A stretch of 64,000 nt of DNA. Origin: Nitrospirota bacterium (lineage in GTDB: Bacteria > Nitrospirota > UBA9217). The stretch covers positions 448,001 to 512,000 of the forward strand of contig CAWCKW010000013.1 in NCBI GenBank assembly GCA_963796285.1, given 5' to 3'. The notes beneath the pieces are model-generated. The model saw nothing but the letters and a program-made list of their open reading frames with translations, was not told where the DNA came from and did no database searches. Below, one piece after another: positions 10,660 through 21,621 of this stretch; within the stretch, counting starts at the first letter, position 1; each line of letters begins with the position of its first letter. The position numbers and the translations under genes were made by a program.

Positions 10660-10916
10660 AGTCTGTTCTCCTTTTGTGATGTGGACCAGCAGAGTTTTGC
10701 GCACTATTATGAAAATACTATCAGAAAAATCCGAAAAAGGAAAGGGCTGAACAATAAAAAGAATATACTGATGGCCGGTCTCAGTGTCGCTCCTGCATCC
10801 AGCCCGCAAACCTCTGGTTTTATTTGACATCCCCCCGGCTTTCTGGTAAAAGAATATAGCTTAAAAGTTTTTAGGCAACACCATGCACCATCTCATATGA
10901 GGGAGGAAAGCAGACA

Positions 10917-11528
10917 ATGAGGAGAACCAGGATTTTTTTTATAGCGATTATCGCTGTTTTCATGAGTGTCGCTGCTTCCGCGCAGTCCACAATGCCTGCG
11001 CTAAAAACAATAACGGTCACGAAAGAGGAGGTCAAAAAAATGTCAGGCACAAAGGCTATCATTGAGACCAAGTTCGGGAATATCACCCTGAAATTCTTCC
11101 CCGAAGTCGCCCCCGGCCACGTGAAAAATTTCATCGATCTGGCCAAAAAAGGCTTCTATGACGGGACCACCTTCCACCGCGTCATCCCCGGCTTCATGAT
11201 CCAGGGAGGCGACCCGAACTCAAAGGATGCGAACAAGAGCAAACACGGCCAGGGAGGTCCCGGATACACCATCAAGGCCGAGTTCAACGACAAGCCGCAC
11301 AAGCGCGGCACCCTCTCCATGGCGCGGGCAGGCCATCCCGACAGCGCGGGTTCGCAGTTCTTCATCTGCGTAAAGGACTCCTCCTTCCTCGACAAGCAGT
11401 ATACCGTGTTCGGCGAGGTTGAGAGCGGCATCGAGGTGGTGGACAAGATCGTGTCCCAGCCGCGGGACGCGAATGACAACCCGAACGACCGGATCGAGAT
11501 GAAGGTGAAGATCGTAGAAGGAAAATAA
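10917..11528 (+). CDS. Cyclophilin-type peptidyl-prolyl isomerase with signal peptide
   Basis: FHRVIPGFMIQGGD, SAGSQFFI and YTVFG motifs. Confidence 0.95.
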   Translation: MRRTRIFFIAIIAVFMSVAASAQSTMPALKTITVTKEEVKKMSGTKAIIETKFGNITLKFFPEVAPGHVKNFIDLAKKGFYDGTTFHRVIPGFMIQGGDPNSKDANKSKHGQGGPGYTIKAEFNDKPHKRGTLSMARAGHPDSAGSQFFICVKDSSFLDKQYTVFGEVESGIEVVDKIVSQPRDANDNPNDRIEMKVKIVEGK

Positions 11529-11535
11529 AGAGATA

Positions 11536-11608
11536 GGGACAAGGGTCATGGGGCAAGGGTCAAAAAGTTTTTGACGTTCCCTGACTCATGACCCTTGCCC
11601 CCTGACCC
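11536..11608. repeat. Palindromic element with 7-nt periodic arms (GGGTCAA family)
   Basis: gggacaa gggtcat ggggcaa gggtcaa ... ctgactc atgaccc ttgcccc ctgaccc; sister copy at 58396-58461. Confidence 0.8.
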
Positions 11609-11627
11609 GCATTTAGGAGCTTATTCT

Positions 11628-12833
11628 TTGAAGCAGGACATAAAAAAAATCGTCGTCGCCTATTCCGGCGGGCTCGACACATCGGTCATCATCACCTGGC
11701 TCCGGGAGACCTACGGCTGCGAGGTGATCGCATTTACCGCCGACATCGGCCAGGGCGAGGAGCTCGAACCGCTTCGCGAGAAGGCGATCAAGACCGGTGC
11801 GAGCAAGATCTACATCGACGATCTGCGCGAGGAGTTTGTCAGGGATTTCGTGTTCCCCCTGCTGCGCGCGAATGCGGTCTATGAGGGCCGCTATCTCCTC
11901 GGCACGTCCATTGCGCGGCCTCTCATTGCCAAGCGCCAGATCGAGATCGCCGGGATGGAAGGGGCGGACGCCGTCTGCCACGGGGCGACCGGCAAGGGCA
12001 ATGACCAGGTCAGGTTCGAGCTCACCTATTTCGCGCTCAAGCCTGAGGTGAAGATCGTCGCTCCCTGGCGCGAGTGGACCATGAAGGGCCGGGAGGAGTT
12101 GATCTCCTATGCGGAAAAACACAGGATCCCGGTGACGGCGACCAAGTCCAAACCCTATTCCACGGACCGGAACCTGCTGCATATCAGCTATGAAGGCGGC
12201 ATTCTCGAGGACCCCTGGAAAGAATCGACCGGCGACATGTACACCATGGCCGTGCCGGTGGAAAAGGCGCCGGACAAGCCCGAGTATGTCGAGGTGGCGT
12301 ATGAGGCGGGAAACCCGGTGTCCATCAACAACAGGAAGCTGTCGCCTGCCGCGCTCCTTGCCGAGGCGAACCGGATCGCGGGCAGCCACGGCATCGGCAG
12401 GATCGATCTCGTCGAGAACCGCTACGTGGGCATGAAGTCCCGGGGCGTGTACGAGACCCCGGGCGGTACGCTGCTGCATGCCGCGCACCGGGCCGTAGAG
12501 TCCATCACCATGGACCGCGAGGTCATGCATCTGCGGGACGGCCTGGTCCCCCGGTACGCGGAGCTGGTATACTATGGATACTGGTTCGCGCCCGAACGCT
12601 CCATGCTCCAGGCCGCGATCGACGAATCGCAAAAGAACGTGACCGGCACTGCGCGGATCAAGCTCTATAAAGGGAACTGCGATACCGTGGGCAGAAAGTC
12701 CCCGGTATCGCTCTATAACCCCGAGCTCGCGACCTTCGAGGCGGACCGGGTCTATAACCAGAAGGATGCCGAAGGATTCATCCGGTTGAACGCGCTGAGA
12801 CTGCGCGTAGGAACAACAGTAAGCTCCAAATAA
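11628..12833 (+). CDS. argG: Argininosuccinate synthase
   Basis: [23 protein letters not shown] and [10 protein letters not shown] motifs; TTG start after aggag. Confidence 0.97.
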   Translation: MKQDIKKIVVAYSGGLDTSVIITWLRETYGCEVIAFTADIGQGEELEPLREKAIKTGASKIYIDDLREEFVRDFVFPLLRANAVYEGRYLLGTSIARPLIAKRQIEIAGMEGADAVCHGATGKGNDQVRFELTYFALKPEVKIVAPWREWTMKGREELISYAEKHRIPVTATKSKPYSTDRNLLHISYEGGILEDPWKESTGDMYTMAVPVEKAPDKPEYVEVAYEAGNPVSINNRKLSPAALLAEANRIAGSHGIGRIDLVENRYVGMKSRGVYETPGGTLLHAAHRAVESITMDREVMHLRDGLVPRYAELVYYGYWFAPERSMLQAAIDESQKNVTGTARIKLYKGNCDTVGRKSPVSLYNPELATFEADRVYNQKDAEGFIRLNALRLRVGTTVSSK

Positions 12834-12934
12834 CAAATTTCAAATCTCAAATAAATTTCAATAACCAAATTCGAAACGTTTAATAATTGGTGCTCGGAGC
12901 TTATTTGAGATTTGGTGCTTGAATTTTGGAATTT
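12825..12934. repeat. Palindromic element with 7-nt periodic arms (CAAAT family)
   Basis: tccaaat aacaaat ttcaaat ctcaaat ... atttgag atttggtg cttgaat tttggaa; the argG stop lies inside the left arm. Confidence 0.75.
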
Positions 12935-12945
12935 GCTAAACAGAT

Positions 12946-14376
12946 ATGGCCATGAAAACAAAAATAACAAAAAAATCAAAGTCGCCAAAGAAAGCACCGA
13001 AGAAGACAAAGCCCTGGGGCGGCCGATTCACCGAAGCCACGAACGAGCTCGTGGAGGAGTTCACGGCCTCGGTGCCCTACGACTGGCGCCTCTATCCCTA
13101 CGACATCGCCGGCAGTATCGCCCATGCGACCATGCTCGCCAGGACCGGCATCATCACGAAGAATGATTCTCGCAGGATCATCAAGGGACTCCAGGAGATA
13201 CTGAGGGAGATCGCCTCGGGCGCCTTCGAGTTCAGTATTGAGCTCGAAGACATCCATATGAACATCGAGGACCGGCTGATCCGGAAAATCGGCCCGGTGG
13301 GCGGCAAGCTCCATACGGCGCGGAGCAGAAACGATCAGGTCGCGCTCGACATCCGCATGTATCTGCGCGATGAGATCACCGGGATCCATGAGCTCCTTGG
13401 CTCGCTGCAGAAGGTCATCGTGCAACTCGCGGAGCAGCACAGCGATACGGTCATGCCGGGGTATACCCATCTCCAGCGGGCCCAGCCCGTGCTCTTCGGC
13501 CACCACCTGCTGGCGTACTACGAGATGTTCGACCGCGACCGCGGCCGGCTCGAGGACTGTTTCCGGCGCGTGAACGTCATGCCCCTCGGCGCGGGGGCGC
13601 TGGCGGGGACCGTGCTGCCCATCGACAGAACGTTCATCGCAAAACTGCTGGCCTTCGAAACGGTGTGCGAGAACAGCATCGACGCGGTCTCGGACCGGGA
13701 CTTCTCCATCGAGTTCACGGCGGCCTGCGCCCAGATCATGATGCACCTCTCACGCTTCGCCGAGGAACTCGTCATCTGGTCGTCGTCTGAGTTCGGCTTC
13801 ATCACAATCGGCGATGCGTTCACTACCGGCTCGTCGATCATGCCGCAGAAGAAGAACCCCGACGTGGCCGAACTCACGCGCGGCAAGACCGGCAGGGTCT
13901 ACGGAGACCTGACCGCCCTCCTTACGATCATGAAAGGCCTGCCGCTCGCCTATAACCGCGATATGCAGGAGGACAAGGAGCCGGTCTTCGACGCCTCGGA
14001 CACGGTCATGCTCACCCTCTCAGTGTTCATCGACATGCTTAAAAGCCTCATGGTGCATAAGGATGCGATGCGCAGAGCGGCCGAGGACGGCTTCATCACG
14101 GCCACCGACCTGGCGGACTACCTGGTACGGAAGGGCATGCCTTTCCGCCGGGCGCACGAGATTGTCGGCAGGGCCGTCCTGCTCGCCACCAAGCAAGGTT
14201 GCGGTCTCGGGACCTTGCCGCTCGGCGAGTACCGGAAACTATCTTCACTGATCCGCAAGGACGTGTACGACGCGCTCTCCCTTGAAGCTTCGGTCAACAG
14301 GCGCACCTCGTATGGAGGAACGGCACCGTCGAACCTGAAAAAGCGTCTCCAGGCGCTCAAGAAAAAGATGCAATGA
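12946..14376 (+). CDS. argH: Argininosuccinate lyase
   Basis: [25 protein letters not shown] and [12 protein letters not shown] motifs. Confidence 0.97.
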   Translation: MAMKTKITKKSKSPKKAPKKTKPWGGRFTEATNELVEEFTASVPYDWRLYPYDIAGSIAHATMLARTGIITKNDSRRIIKGLQEILREIASGAFEFSIELEDIHMNIEDRLIRKIGPVGGKLHTARSRNDQVALDIRMYLRDEITGIHELLGSLQKVIVQLAEQHSDTVMPGYTHLQRAQPVLFGHHLLAYYEMFDRDRGRLEDCFRRVNVMPLGAGALAGTVLPIDRTFIAKLLAFETVCENSIDAVSDRDFSIEFTAACAQIMMHLSRFAEELVIWSSSEFGFITIGDAFTTGSSIMPQKKNPDVAELTRGKTGRVYGDLTALLTIMKGLPLAYNRDMQEDKEPVFDASDTVMLTLSVFIDMLKSLMVHKDAMRRAAEDGFITATDLADYLVRKGMPFRRAHEIVGRAVLLATKQGCGLGTLPLGEYRKLSSLIRKDVYDALSLEASVNRRTSYGGTAPSNLKKRLQALKKKMQ

Positions 14377-15443
14377 ATAACCGTGTACCATGGTTCTTTG
14401 CGGCCTGTCTTCTCCTGGTTCTGACGACCGCTGTTGCCTGCGGCAGAAAAACGCTGCCCCTGGTCCCCGACAGTCCCAGGCCTGAGGTGATACAAGGGAT
14501 CAAGGTCATGACCCGGGACACTGACGCGTTCCTTTCCTGGCCGATACCGGCCAAGAATGTTGAAGGCAGGGACATCCCCTCAACTGATATCCAGCAATTC
14601 CGCATCTACCGCGCTGAAATCGGACGGGACGGAAAAAAAGGCCGGTACAAGCTTTACGCTGAGATCAACATGGCGGACCCGTCGCCTGCGGAGGTCCGGA
14701 ACAACCGGATCTTCTGGAGCGACCGGAATTTGAAATACGGGCAGGTGTACAGCTACCGGGTCCGGGCAGTGAGCGTCCGGGGAGGAGTAAGCCCGGTGTC
14801 TGACGACGTGCGGGCCGCGCCGCTGTTATCGCTTGCGGTTCCCCAGGGGCTCGCGGCAAAGGCCAACGACAGCTCCATCCAGCTTTCCTGGTCTCCCGTG
14901 ACGACACGCATGGACGGCAGCCGGTACGAAGGCTTTGTTGGATACAACCTGTACCGCGGATCTGAGAAAAACCGCTCTGACGAACTGCCGCTGAACAAGG
15001 AGCCGCTCAGGACGAATTCGTTCAAAGACATCACGGTGTCGAACAATACGACATATTACTATATGGTCCGTGCCGTGGACAGCCCGGCGTTGCCCTGGAG
15101 GGAAAGCCCAGATTCAGAAGAGGTGTCGGCCACGCCCCGGGACACGACACCGCCGGCCAGGCCCAAGGGGCTCGCGGTCGTGCCGGGCGTTGGCAGGGCA
15201 TTCCTCACCTGGAACGAGAACAAGGAGCGGGACCTTGCCGGATACAACGTGTACCGCTCGACCAGACACGGCAGGAACTATCATAAGCTTACGAACAAGG
15301 CCATCACCCTTACGACGTTCTCGGACGAAACGGCGAAGCAGGATGTCGTGTATTATTATATGGTCACCGCCGTGGACAAGGCTGGAAATGAAAGCGCCGG
15401 ATCGGTGGAAAAGAAAGCCTTGATCGAGAAGTTGCAGCAATAG
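14373..15443 (+). CDS. Lipoprotein with fibronectin type III repeats
   Basis: Lipobox-like AVAC followed by GRKTLPLVP; three FN3-like repeats (W...GYNxYR...YYYxVxAV). Confidence 0.8.
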   Translation: MNNRVPWFFAACLLLVLTTAVACGRKTLPLVPDSPRPEVIQGIKVMTRDTDAFLSWPIPAKNVEGRDIPSTDIQQFRIYRAEIGRDGKKGRYKLYAEINMADPSPAEVRNNRIFWSDRNLKYGQVYSYRVRAVSVRGGVSPVSDDVRAAPLLSLAVPQGLAAKANDSSIQLSWSPVTTRMDGSRYEGFVGYNLYRGSEKNRSDELPLNKEPLRTNSFKDITVSNNTTYYYMVRAVDSPALPWRESPDSEEVSATPRDTTPPARPKGLAVVPGVGRAFLTWNENKERDLAGYNVYRSTRHGRNYHKLTNKAITLTTFSDETAKQDVVYYYMVTAVDKAGNESAGSVEKKALIEKLQQ

Positions 15444-15519
15444 GTCGCAGGCCGAATGGTTCGTCTCCTTAAAGAATTTAAAAGAAAACGGCAACATGGT
15501 TGCCCTGGTCCAATAATCC

Positions 15520-16779
15520 ATGCATGATTTTCACTACAAGAACGGCGAGCTGTACTGTGAAGGAGTCCCGGTAAGGACCGTGGCCCAGCGGGTCGGCACG
15601 CCTTTCTACCTGTACAGCAGCAACACGCTTGCGAACCATTTCAGGGCCTTCGACAGCGCCTTTGCCGGCGTGCCGCACCTTATCTGCTTCGCGCTTAAGT
15701 CCAATTCGAACGGCGCCGTGCTGCGCCTGCTCGGCAGGGAAGGCGCCGGGGCGGACATCGTCTCCGGCGGCGAGCTGTTCCGCGCGCTCCGCGCCGGCAT
15801 CGACCCGAATAAGATCGTCTATGCCGGGGTCGGCAAGCGCAGGGATGAGATCGAGTACGCCCTGAAAATCGGCGTCCTCATGTTCAACGTCGAATCCGGG
15901 GAGGAGTTGCTCGCCCTTGACCAGGCCGCGAAGGAGATGCACGTGGTCGCCAGGATCGCCCTCCGGGTGAACCCGAATATCGACCCCAAAACCCACGCTT
16001 ACATCTCCACCGGGCTCAAGGAGAACAAGTTCGGCATACCCATCGAGCGGGCACTCGAATTTTACCAGATCGCGAAAAGCTTGAAAAACGTGGAAGTGGT
16101 CGGCGTGCACCAGCACATCGGCTCGCAGATCACCGAGGTCCAGCCCTTTGTGGACGCCCTTGAGAAGCTCGTCGGATTCGTTAATGAGCTCAAGTCCGCC
16201 GGCATCGATATTCAATACGTCAATATCGGAGGCGGTCTGGGCATTACCTACAAGGATGAAACGCCCCCTTTGCCGAAGGACGTGGCGCAGGCTGTCCGGC
16301 CCCTGCTTGAGAACAGCGGGTGCACCATCGTGATGGAGCCTGGACGGGCGATCATCGGCAATGCGGGCATCCTCGTAACAAGCGTTCTCTATCACAAGAA
16401 GAGCGGCGAAAAACGCTTCCTCATCGTGGACGCGGGTATGAACGACCTGATCCGGCCGAGCCTCTACGAGGCCTATCACGATATCCGTCCGGTGGTGGAG
16501 TCCGGTGCGGTGGAGGCTGTGTTCGATGTGGTCGGACCGATCTGCGAATCCGGTGATTTCCTTGCCAAGGACCGGAAGATGCCCGAGTTAAAACAGGGCG
16601 CTCTCCTCGCGGTCATGAGCGCGGGGGCCTACGGGTTTTCCATGTCCTCGAACTACAACTCCCGGCCTCGCGCGGCCGAAGTGATCGTCAAGGGAAATGA
16701 TTATTACATCGTTCGGGAACGCGAGACCTACGAAGACCTTGTCAGGGGCGAGAAGGTCCCGCGGCAGCTGGAGGGATGA
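15520..16779 (+). CDS. lysA: Diaminopimelate decarboxylase
   Basis: FALKSN, HIGSQ, EPGR, CESGD and GAYG..MSSNYNSRPR motifs. Confidence 0.97.
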   Translation: MHDFHYKNGELYCEGVPVRTVAQRVGTPFYLYSSNTLANHFRAFDSAFAGVPHLICFALKSNSNGAVLRLLGREGAGADIVSGGELFRALRAGIDPNKIVYAGVGKRRDEIEYALKIGVLMFNVESGEELLALDQAAKEMHVVARIALRVNPNIDPKTHAYISTGLKENKFGIPIERALEFYQIAKSLKNVEVVGVHQHIGSQITEVQPFVDALEKLVGFVNELKSAGIDIQYVNIGGGLGITYKDETPPLPKDVAQAVRPLLENSGCTIVMEPGRAIIGNAGILVTSVLYHKKSGEKRFLIVDAGMNDLIRPSLYEAYHDIRPVVESGAVEAVFDVVGPICESGDFLAKDRKMPELKQGALLAVMSAGAYGFSMSSNYNSRPRAAEVIVKGNDYYIVRERETYEDLVRGEKVPRQLEG

Positions 16780-16787
16780 GAGGATCC

Positions 16788-16869
16788 ACCACGAAGTCAC
16801 CAAGAGACGAAGGGAATCATGGTGATCCCTTATTCGTGAAATGTCTTTGTGTCTTCAGGTCTTGGTGGT
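16788..16869. repeat. Palindromic element with 8-nt periodic arms
   Basis: accacgaag tcaccaag agacgaag ... ctttgtgt cttcaggt cttggtggt. Confidence 0.65.
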
Positions 16870-16883
16870 AAACAGGTTTCATT

Positions 16884-17696
16884 ATGAAAAAAATACCTTT
16901 TTATAAGTTGCAGGGAACGGGGAACGATTTCATCCTGATCGACAACCGGAGGGCTGTCCTGAAGGGGATGAACCTGAAGGGCCTGGCGGTGCGCGTCTGC
17001 GACCGGCACTACTCTGTCGGCGCCGACGGCCTGATCGTGATCGTGCCGTCGAAGAAGGCGGACTTTAAATGGCGGTTCTTCAACGCCGACGGGAGCGAAG
17101 CCGAGATGTGCGGGAACGGTTCGCGGTGCGCGGCACGGTTTGCGCACCTGAAAAAGATCGCGAAGAAGGACATGGCCTTCGAGACGCTCGCCGGGACCAT
17201 CCATGCGCAGGTGAAGAAGGACACGGTCAGGGTACAGCTCGCCGCTGCCGCCGGCCTGCGCATGAATATCTCCGTCCCGCTCGAAAGCGGACTGCGTATG
17301 GGCCACTTCATCAACACCGGAGTGCCGCACCTCGTCTATCTCTCCAAGGACCTGGACAACGAGGACGTTGACCGGATCGGAAGGACCACGCGGTATCACG
17401 AACTTTTCAAGCCCGCCGGCACAAATGTGGATTTCATCGAGATCCAGGGCAGGCACAAGCTCAGGATCAGGACCTTCGAACGCGGCGTAGAAGGCGAGAC
17501 CCTGGCCTGCGGCACCGGTTCGGTCGCAGCGGCGCTCATCGCCGGTTCGCTCGGCGCGGCCTCATCGCCGGTCGAGGTCTTGACCAGGGGCGGGGAAAAA
17601 CTGATCATCTCGTTCGAGCGCTCGGGGATAGAGTTCAACACCATTCACCTCGAGGGTAACGCAGAGGTGATCTGCGAGGGGAATCTGTATCTGTGA
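16884..17696 (+). CDS. dapF: Diaminopimelate epimerase
   Basis: GTGNDF, EMCGNG, TGVPH and ERGVEGETLACGTG motifs. Confidence 0.97.
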   Translation: MKKIPFYKLQGTGNDFILIDNRRAVLKGMNLKGLAVRVCDRHYSVGADGLIVIVPSKKADFKWRFFNADGSEAEMCGNGSRCAARFAHLKKIAKKDMAFETLAGTIHAQVKKDTVRVQLAAAAGLRMNISVPLESGLRMGHFINTGVPHLVYLSKDLDNEDVDRIGRTTRYHELFKPAGTNVDFIEIQGRHKLRIRTFERGVEGETLACGTGSVAAALIAGSLGAASSPVEVLTRGGEKLIISFERSGIEFNTIHLEGNAEVICEGNLYL

Positions 17697-17712
17697 TGAA
17701 ATAACAAAAGCA

Positions 17713-17920
17713 ATCACAGAGAGCACAGAGAAGTACTCCTGTTCTCAAATTACTCAACATAAGGCCATTCTTGATGATATAAAGAATGAGGAAGATGAAA
17801 TAATTGCGGTTATAAGAGCGAACTGAGGGGGAGGCTGGTAAAAAGCCAGGCCAATTTGAGATCTACAGATTTCTCCGTGTGCTCTGCCTGCACCCGCGTT
17901 TCGCAAGAGCAGGGTGTGGT
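17713..17920. repeat. Palindromic element (CACAGAG 9-nt family) with a nested hairpin in the right arm
   Basis: cacagagagcacagaga ... ctccgtgtgctct[insert]gtggt. Confidence 0.65.
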
Positions 17921-17960
17921 TCATTTTTGACATTGCGTGTTGCAGAAGAAGGAGGCTGTC

Positions 17961-18833
17961 ATGTTTAAAGGCTCAATGGTTGCGATTGTAACGCCGTTCA
18001 GGAACGGGAAGGTGGACGAGAAGGCGCTTGGCGATCTGATCGAGTTCCATATTAAAAGCGGCACGGACGTGATCGTCCCCTGCGGCACCACGGGCGAGTC
18101 CGCCACCCTCTCCCATGAGGAGCACCACCACGTGGTCGAGTTCACCGTGCAGACGGTGAACAAGCGTGTGCCGGTGGTCGCGGGCGCGGGATCGAACTCG
18201 ACCTCTGAAACGCTGGAGCTCACGAAGTACGCTCAGAAAGCGGGCGCAAACGGCGTGCTGCTCATCACTCCCTATTACAACAAGCCGACGCAGGAAGGGC
18301 TTTACCAGCATTTCAAGAAGGTGACCGACTCGGTCGACATCCCCGTTATCCTGTACAACGTTCCAGGCAGGACCAGCGTGAACATGCTGCCAGCCACCGT
18401 GGCGCGCCTCAGGGAGATCAAAAACATCGTCGGCATCAAGGAAGCGACCGGCGACCTGAAGCAGGTCAGCGAGCTCATCCGTCTCTGCGGCAGGGACTTT
18501 GACGTTATTTCGGGCGACGACTTCACCACGCTCCCGCTCCTCGCCATCGGCGGGGTGGGCGCCATCTCGGTGACCGCGAATATCGTCCCGGCCGATGCCG
18601 CGGGAATGTTCGACGCGTTCTTCGCAGGAAAGATGGAGGAGGCGCTCAAGCTCCACTACAAGATGGAACCGCTCCACAGCTTCATGTTCATCGAGACGAA
18701 CCCGATCCCGGTGAAGACCGCGCTCGCGCTCATGGGCAGGATCAACGAGGAGTTCCGCCTGCCTCTTTGCGCAATGAGCGACGCGAACAAGGACAAACTC
18801 AAGAAAGCGCTGAAGGATTACGGATTGATGTAG
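17961..18833 (+). CDS. dapA: 4-hydroxy-tetrahydrodipicolinate synthase
   Basis: GTTGES, PYYNKP, YNVPGRT, GIKEA and ETNPIPVK motifs. Confidence 0.97.
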   Translation: MFKGSMVAIVTPFRNGKVDEKALGDLIEFHIKSGTDVIVPCGTTGESATLSHEEHHHVVEFTVQTVNKRVPVVAGAGSNSTSETLELTKYAQKAGANGVLLITPYYNKPTQEGLYQHFKKVTDSVDIPVILYNVPGRTSVNMLPATVARLREIKNIVGIKEATGDLKQVSELIRLCGRDFDVISGDDFTTLPLLAIGGVGAISVTANIVPADAAGMFDAFFAGKMEEALKLHYKMEPLHSFMFIETNPIPVKTALALMGRINEEFRLPLCAMSDANKDKLKKALKDYGLM

Positions 18834-18845
18834 ATCAATCCTTTC

Positions 18846-18955
18846 ACCGCAGAGAACGCAGAGCGCGCAGAGAAAAAAAGGGTAACTCTTTTCGTTTTTC
18901 TCCGTGTCTCCGTTTATGGCCGCGTTTTGGCAACAGCAGGCTACGCCTCCGCGGT
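18846..18955. repeat. Palindromic element (CGCAGAG family) with a nested hairpin
   Basis: accgcagagaacgcagagcgcgcagag ... ctccgtgtctcc[insert]cctccgcggt. Confidence 0.7.
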
Positions 18956-18975
18956 AAATTTCAAGAGGTGAAACC

Positions 18976-19785
18976 ATGATTAAGGCAGTCGTCACCGGCG
19001 CGGCCGGCAGAATGGGCTCGCGAATCATCAATGTGCTGTCAACTTCCGAAGATATCCGTCTTTCAGGGGCCGTCGAGCGTAAAGGTCATCCGCTCGTGGG
19101 CCAGGATTCATGCGGCCCGGCCGGGCTTCCCGCAGGCGGGGTCCTGACCGTGATCACCGACGATCTCGCCGCGGCGCTCAAGGCCGGCGATGCGCTCATT
19201 GACTTCACCTTTCCGGAAGCAAGTCTTGGGCATATCAAGGCTTGCGCGGAATTGGGCAAACCCGCCGTCATAGGTTCCACCGGGTTTTCAAAAGAGCAGC
19301 TCGGGGAGATCAAGAACTACGTTCAGAAAATCCCCTGCGTTCTTTCGCCGAATATGAGCGTTGGCGTGAATGTCTGTTTCAAGGCCCTTGCCGATCTCGC
19401 GAAAACGCTGGGGAGCGATTTCGACGTTGAGATCGTCGAAGCGCACCACCGATTAAAGAAGGACGCTCCCTCCGGCACCGCCGTTCGCATGGGAGAAGTG
19501 GTGGCCGCCGCCCTCGGCCGCGACTATCGCCAGGTGGCCAGGTGCCACCGTGAGGGGATCACGGGAGAACGGACAAAAGAGGAAATCGGCATGCAGACCA
19601 TACGCGGCGGCGATATTGTTGGAGAGCACACGGTCTACTTCATCGGCATGGGAGAGCGGATCGAGCTCACCCATCGTGCGCACACGCGCGACATGTTCGC
19701 GCGCGGGGCCGTGCGCGCGGCGAAATGGGTCGTCGGCAAAAAGCCGGGACTCTACGATATGCAGGATGTGCTGGGGCTGAAATAA
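18976..19785 (+). CDS. dapB: 4-hydroxy-tetrahydrodipicolinate reductase
   Basis: GAAGRMG, EAHHRLKKDAPSGTA and GDIVGEH motifs. Confidence 0.97.
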   Translation: MIKAVVTGAAGRMGSRIINVLSTSEDIRLSGAVERKGHPLVGQDSCGPAGLPAGGVLTVITDDLAAALKAGDALIDFTFPEASLGHIKACAELGKPAVIGSTGFSKEQLGEIKNYVQKIPCVLSPNMSVGVNVCFKALADLAKTLGSDFDVEIVEAHHRLKKDAPSGTAVRMGEVVAAALGRDYRQVARCHREGITGERTKEEIGMQTIRGGDIVGEHTVYFIGMGERIELTHRAHTRDMFARGAVRAAKWVVGKKPGLYDMQDVLGLK

Positions 19786-19839
19786 CCGTCTCAGAAGTCT
19801 GTTGAAACCAACGATTATTCATTATAAAAGGAGAATTAC

Positions 19840-20610
19840 ATGAAAAAGAGCATTGTAGTGATGGTCGCTTGTCTTCTGATCTCTGTACCGTTGAGCGCTC
19901 ATGCCTTTCCGACCAAGAAGGGCGACAAGGCCTGTACAGAATGCCACAAGCTGAGCAAGCAGGAAGCGGAAACGATCGTGAAAAAGATCGCGCCGAACGG
20001 AACGGTCACCGATATCAAGGTGGCGCCGCTCAAAAGCATGTGGCAGATCCAAGTGGACGCGGGCGAAGGAAAACACGGCACGCTCTATCTCGACTTTTCA
20101 AAACAATATGTCGTCTTTGGACAGATCGCTCCGGTCGAGTCCCTTGGCAAGCAGCCGCCAGCTCGCAAAGTCGATGTATCCAAGATTCCGCTCGTTGACG
20201 CGATCGTTCTGGGTTCGGCAACGGCCACGAAGAAGGTTATCGTGTTCACCGACCCGGATTGCCCCTATTGCCGTCAGCTCCATGAGATCATGAAGCAGGT
20301 GGTGGCAAAGCACACCGATGTTTCCTTTGCCCTGATCATGAACCCGCTGCCCATGCATAAGGATTCTCCGAAAAAGGCGCAGACGATCCTCTGCACCAAG
20401 TCCGTCGCCATCCTCGATGACGCCTTCAGCGGCAAACCAGTGCCTGAACCGGCGGCAACCTGCACCGCCGCCGCGGTGGAGAGAAGCACGGCCCTTGCCC
20501 GATCGCTCGAATTCAACGGCACCCCGACCCTTGTCCGCGATGACGGCATGGTGCTTTCCGGTTTTCTGCCGGAAGAACAGCTTCTAAAGTGGATCGATAA
20601 AAAGCAGTAA
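19840..20610 (+). CDS. dsbC: DsbC/DsbG-family thiol:disulfide interchange protein
   Basis: Signal peptide; FTDPDCPYC active site; GTP cis-Pro loop; extra N-terminal CTECH. Confidence 0.85.
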   Translation: MKKSIVVMVACLLISVPLSAHAFPTKKGDKACTECHKLSKQEAETIVKKIAPNGTVTDIKVAPLKSMWQIQVDAGEGKHGTLYLDFSKQYVVFGQIAPVESLGKQPPARKVDVSKIPLVDAIVLGSATATKKVIVFTDPDCPYCRQLHEIMKQVVAKHTDVSFALIMNPLPMHKDSPKKAQTILCTKSVAILDDAFSGKPVPEPAATCTAAAVERSTALARSLEFNGTPTLVRDDGMVLSGFLPEEQLLKWIDKKQ

Positions 20611-20624
20611 GAGCGGGGCGCTGG

Positions 20625-21383
20625 ATGAAGCTCGTGCGATATCAGGTTCACAGCAGGACGGCGTATGGCATTCTGAACAATGACCGTGTTGCGGAGCTTG
20701 ACGGAAGCTATCTTAGCGGCCTTGCAACGCCCGCGGCCGACTATGCGCTTTCCGGGGTGAAATTGCTTGCCCCGTGCAATCCCTCGAAGATAGTCGCTGT
20801 GGGGCTCAACTACCGTGACCATGCAAACGAGCTTCGCATGGCAACGTCTGAGACCCCCATCGTCTTTCTGAAGCCACCCACGACCATCGTCGGCCCCGGC
20901 GAAGCGATCGTTTATCCCGGGATGAGCTCACAGGTGGACTACGAGGCGGAACTCGGCGTGGTGATCAAGGACCGGGTGAGGAACGTCAGTCCTGATGAGG
21001 CGCTCGGCCATGTTCTCGGATACACATGCGCGAATGATGTGACGGCGCGCGATCTCCAGACAAAGGACGGACAGTGGACTCGCGCTAAGTCCTTTGACAC
21101 CTTCTGTCCTGTGGGGCCGTGGATCGAGACCGACCTCAACCCCGACGATCTCCTCATCGAATCCTATCTCAACGGAGAGCGGCGGCAGTCGTCGCGAACA
21201 AAGCAGTTTATTTTCAAGGTGAACGCTCTCGTAAGCTTCATCTCGAAGATCATGACGCTTGAACCCGGGGACCTCATCATAACCGGCACCCCGGAGGGTG
21301 TAGGGCCGATGAAGCCCGGCGACGAGATCGAAGTGAGGATCGAAGGGATCGGGAGTTTGAAGAATACCGTCATTGCAAATTGA
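20625..21383 (+). CDS. Fumarylacetoacetate hydrolase family protein
   Basis: GLNYRDH, DYEAEL, NDVTARD, KSFDTF and TGTP motifs. Confidence 0.93.
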   Translation: MKLVRYQVHSRTAYGILNNDRVAELDGSYLSGLATPAADYALSGVKLLAPCNPSKIVAVGLNYRDHANELRMATSETPIVFLKPPTTIVGPGEAIVYPGMSSQVDYEAELGVVIKDRVRNVSPDEALGHVLGYTCANDVTARDLQTKDGQWTRAKSFDTFCPVGPWIETDLNPDDLLIESYLNGERRQSSRTKQFIFKVNALVSFISKIMTLEPGDLIITGTPEGVGPMKPGDEIEVRIEGIGSLKNTVIAN

Positions 21384-21391
21384 TTAATAAA

Positions 21392-21581
21392 TAAAAATCA
21401 AAGGCATTTTCGCGCAATGGCCAAGAAGAGGGCCACACTGAGGCGCAAAGACGCAAAGAAAGCGATGAAACTATAATCTGTTATTCTTGTAGTTCTTTGC
21501 GAGCTTAGTTTATGCCCGCGTTATGGCAACAGCAGGGTACGTCTTTGCGCGAGACGCCTTGCCTTTGACCTGAATAATTAC
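21392..21581. mobile_element. Degenerate or partial third copy of the MITE, with nested hairpins
   Basis: Right end ctttgcgcgagacgccttgcctttgacctgaataattac matches the right ends of the 2406 and 29187 copies; left TIR not recognisable. Confidence 0.65.
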
Positions 21582-21621
21582 GGATTTGCCTTTTCATATT
21601 GTTTCATCGGGAGGATCGCCT

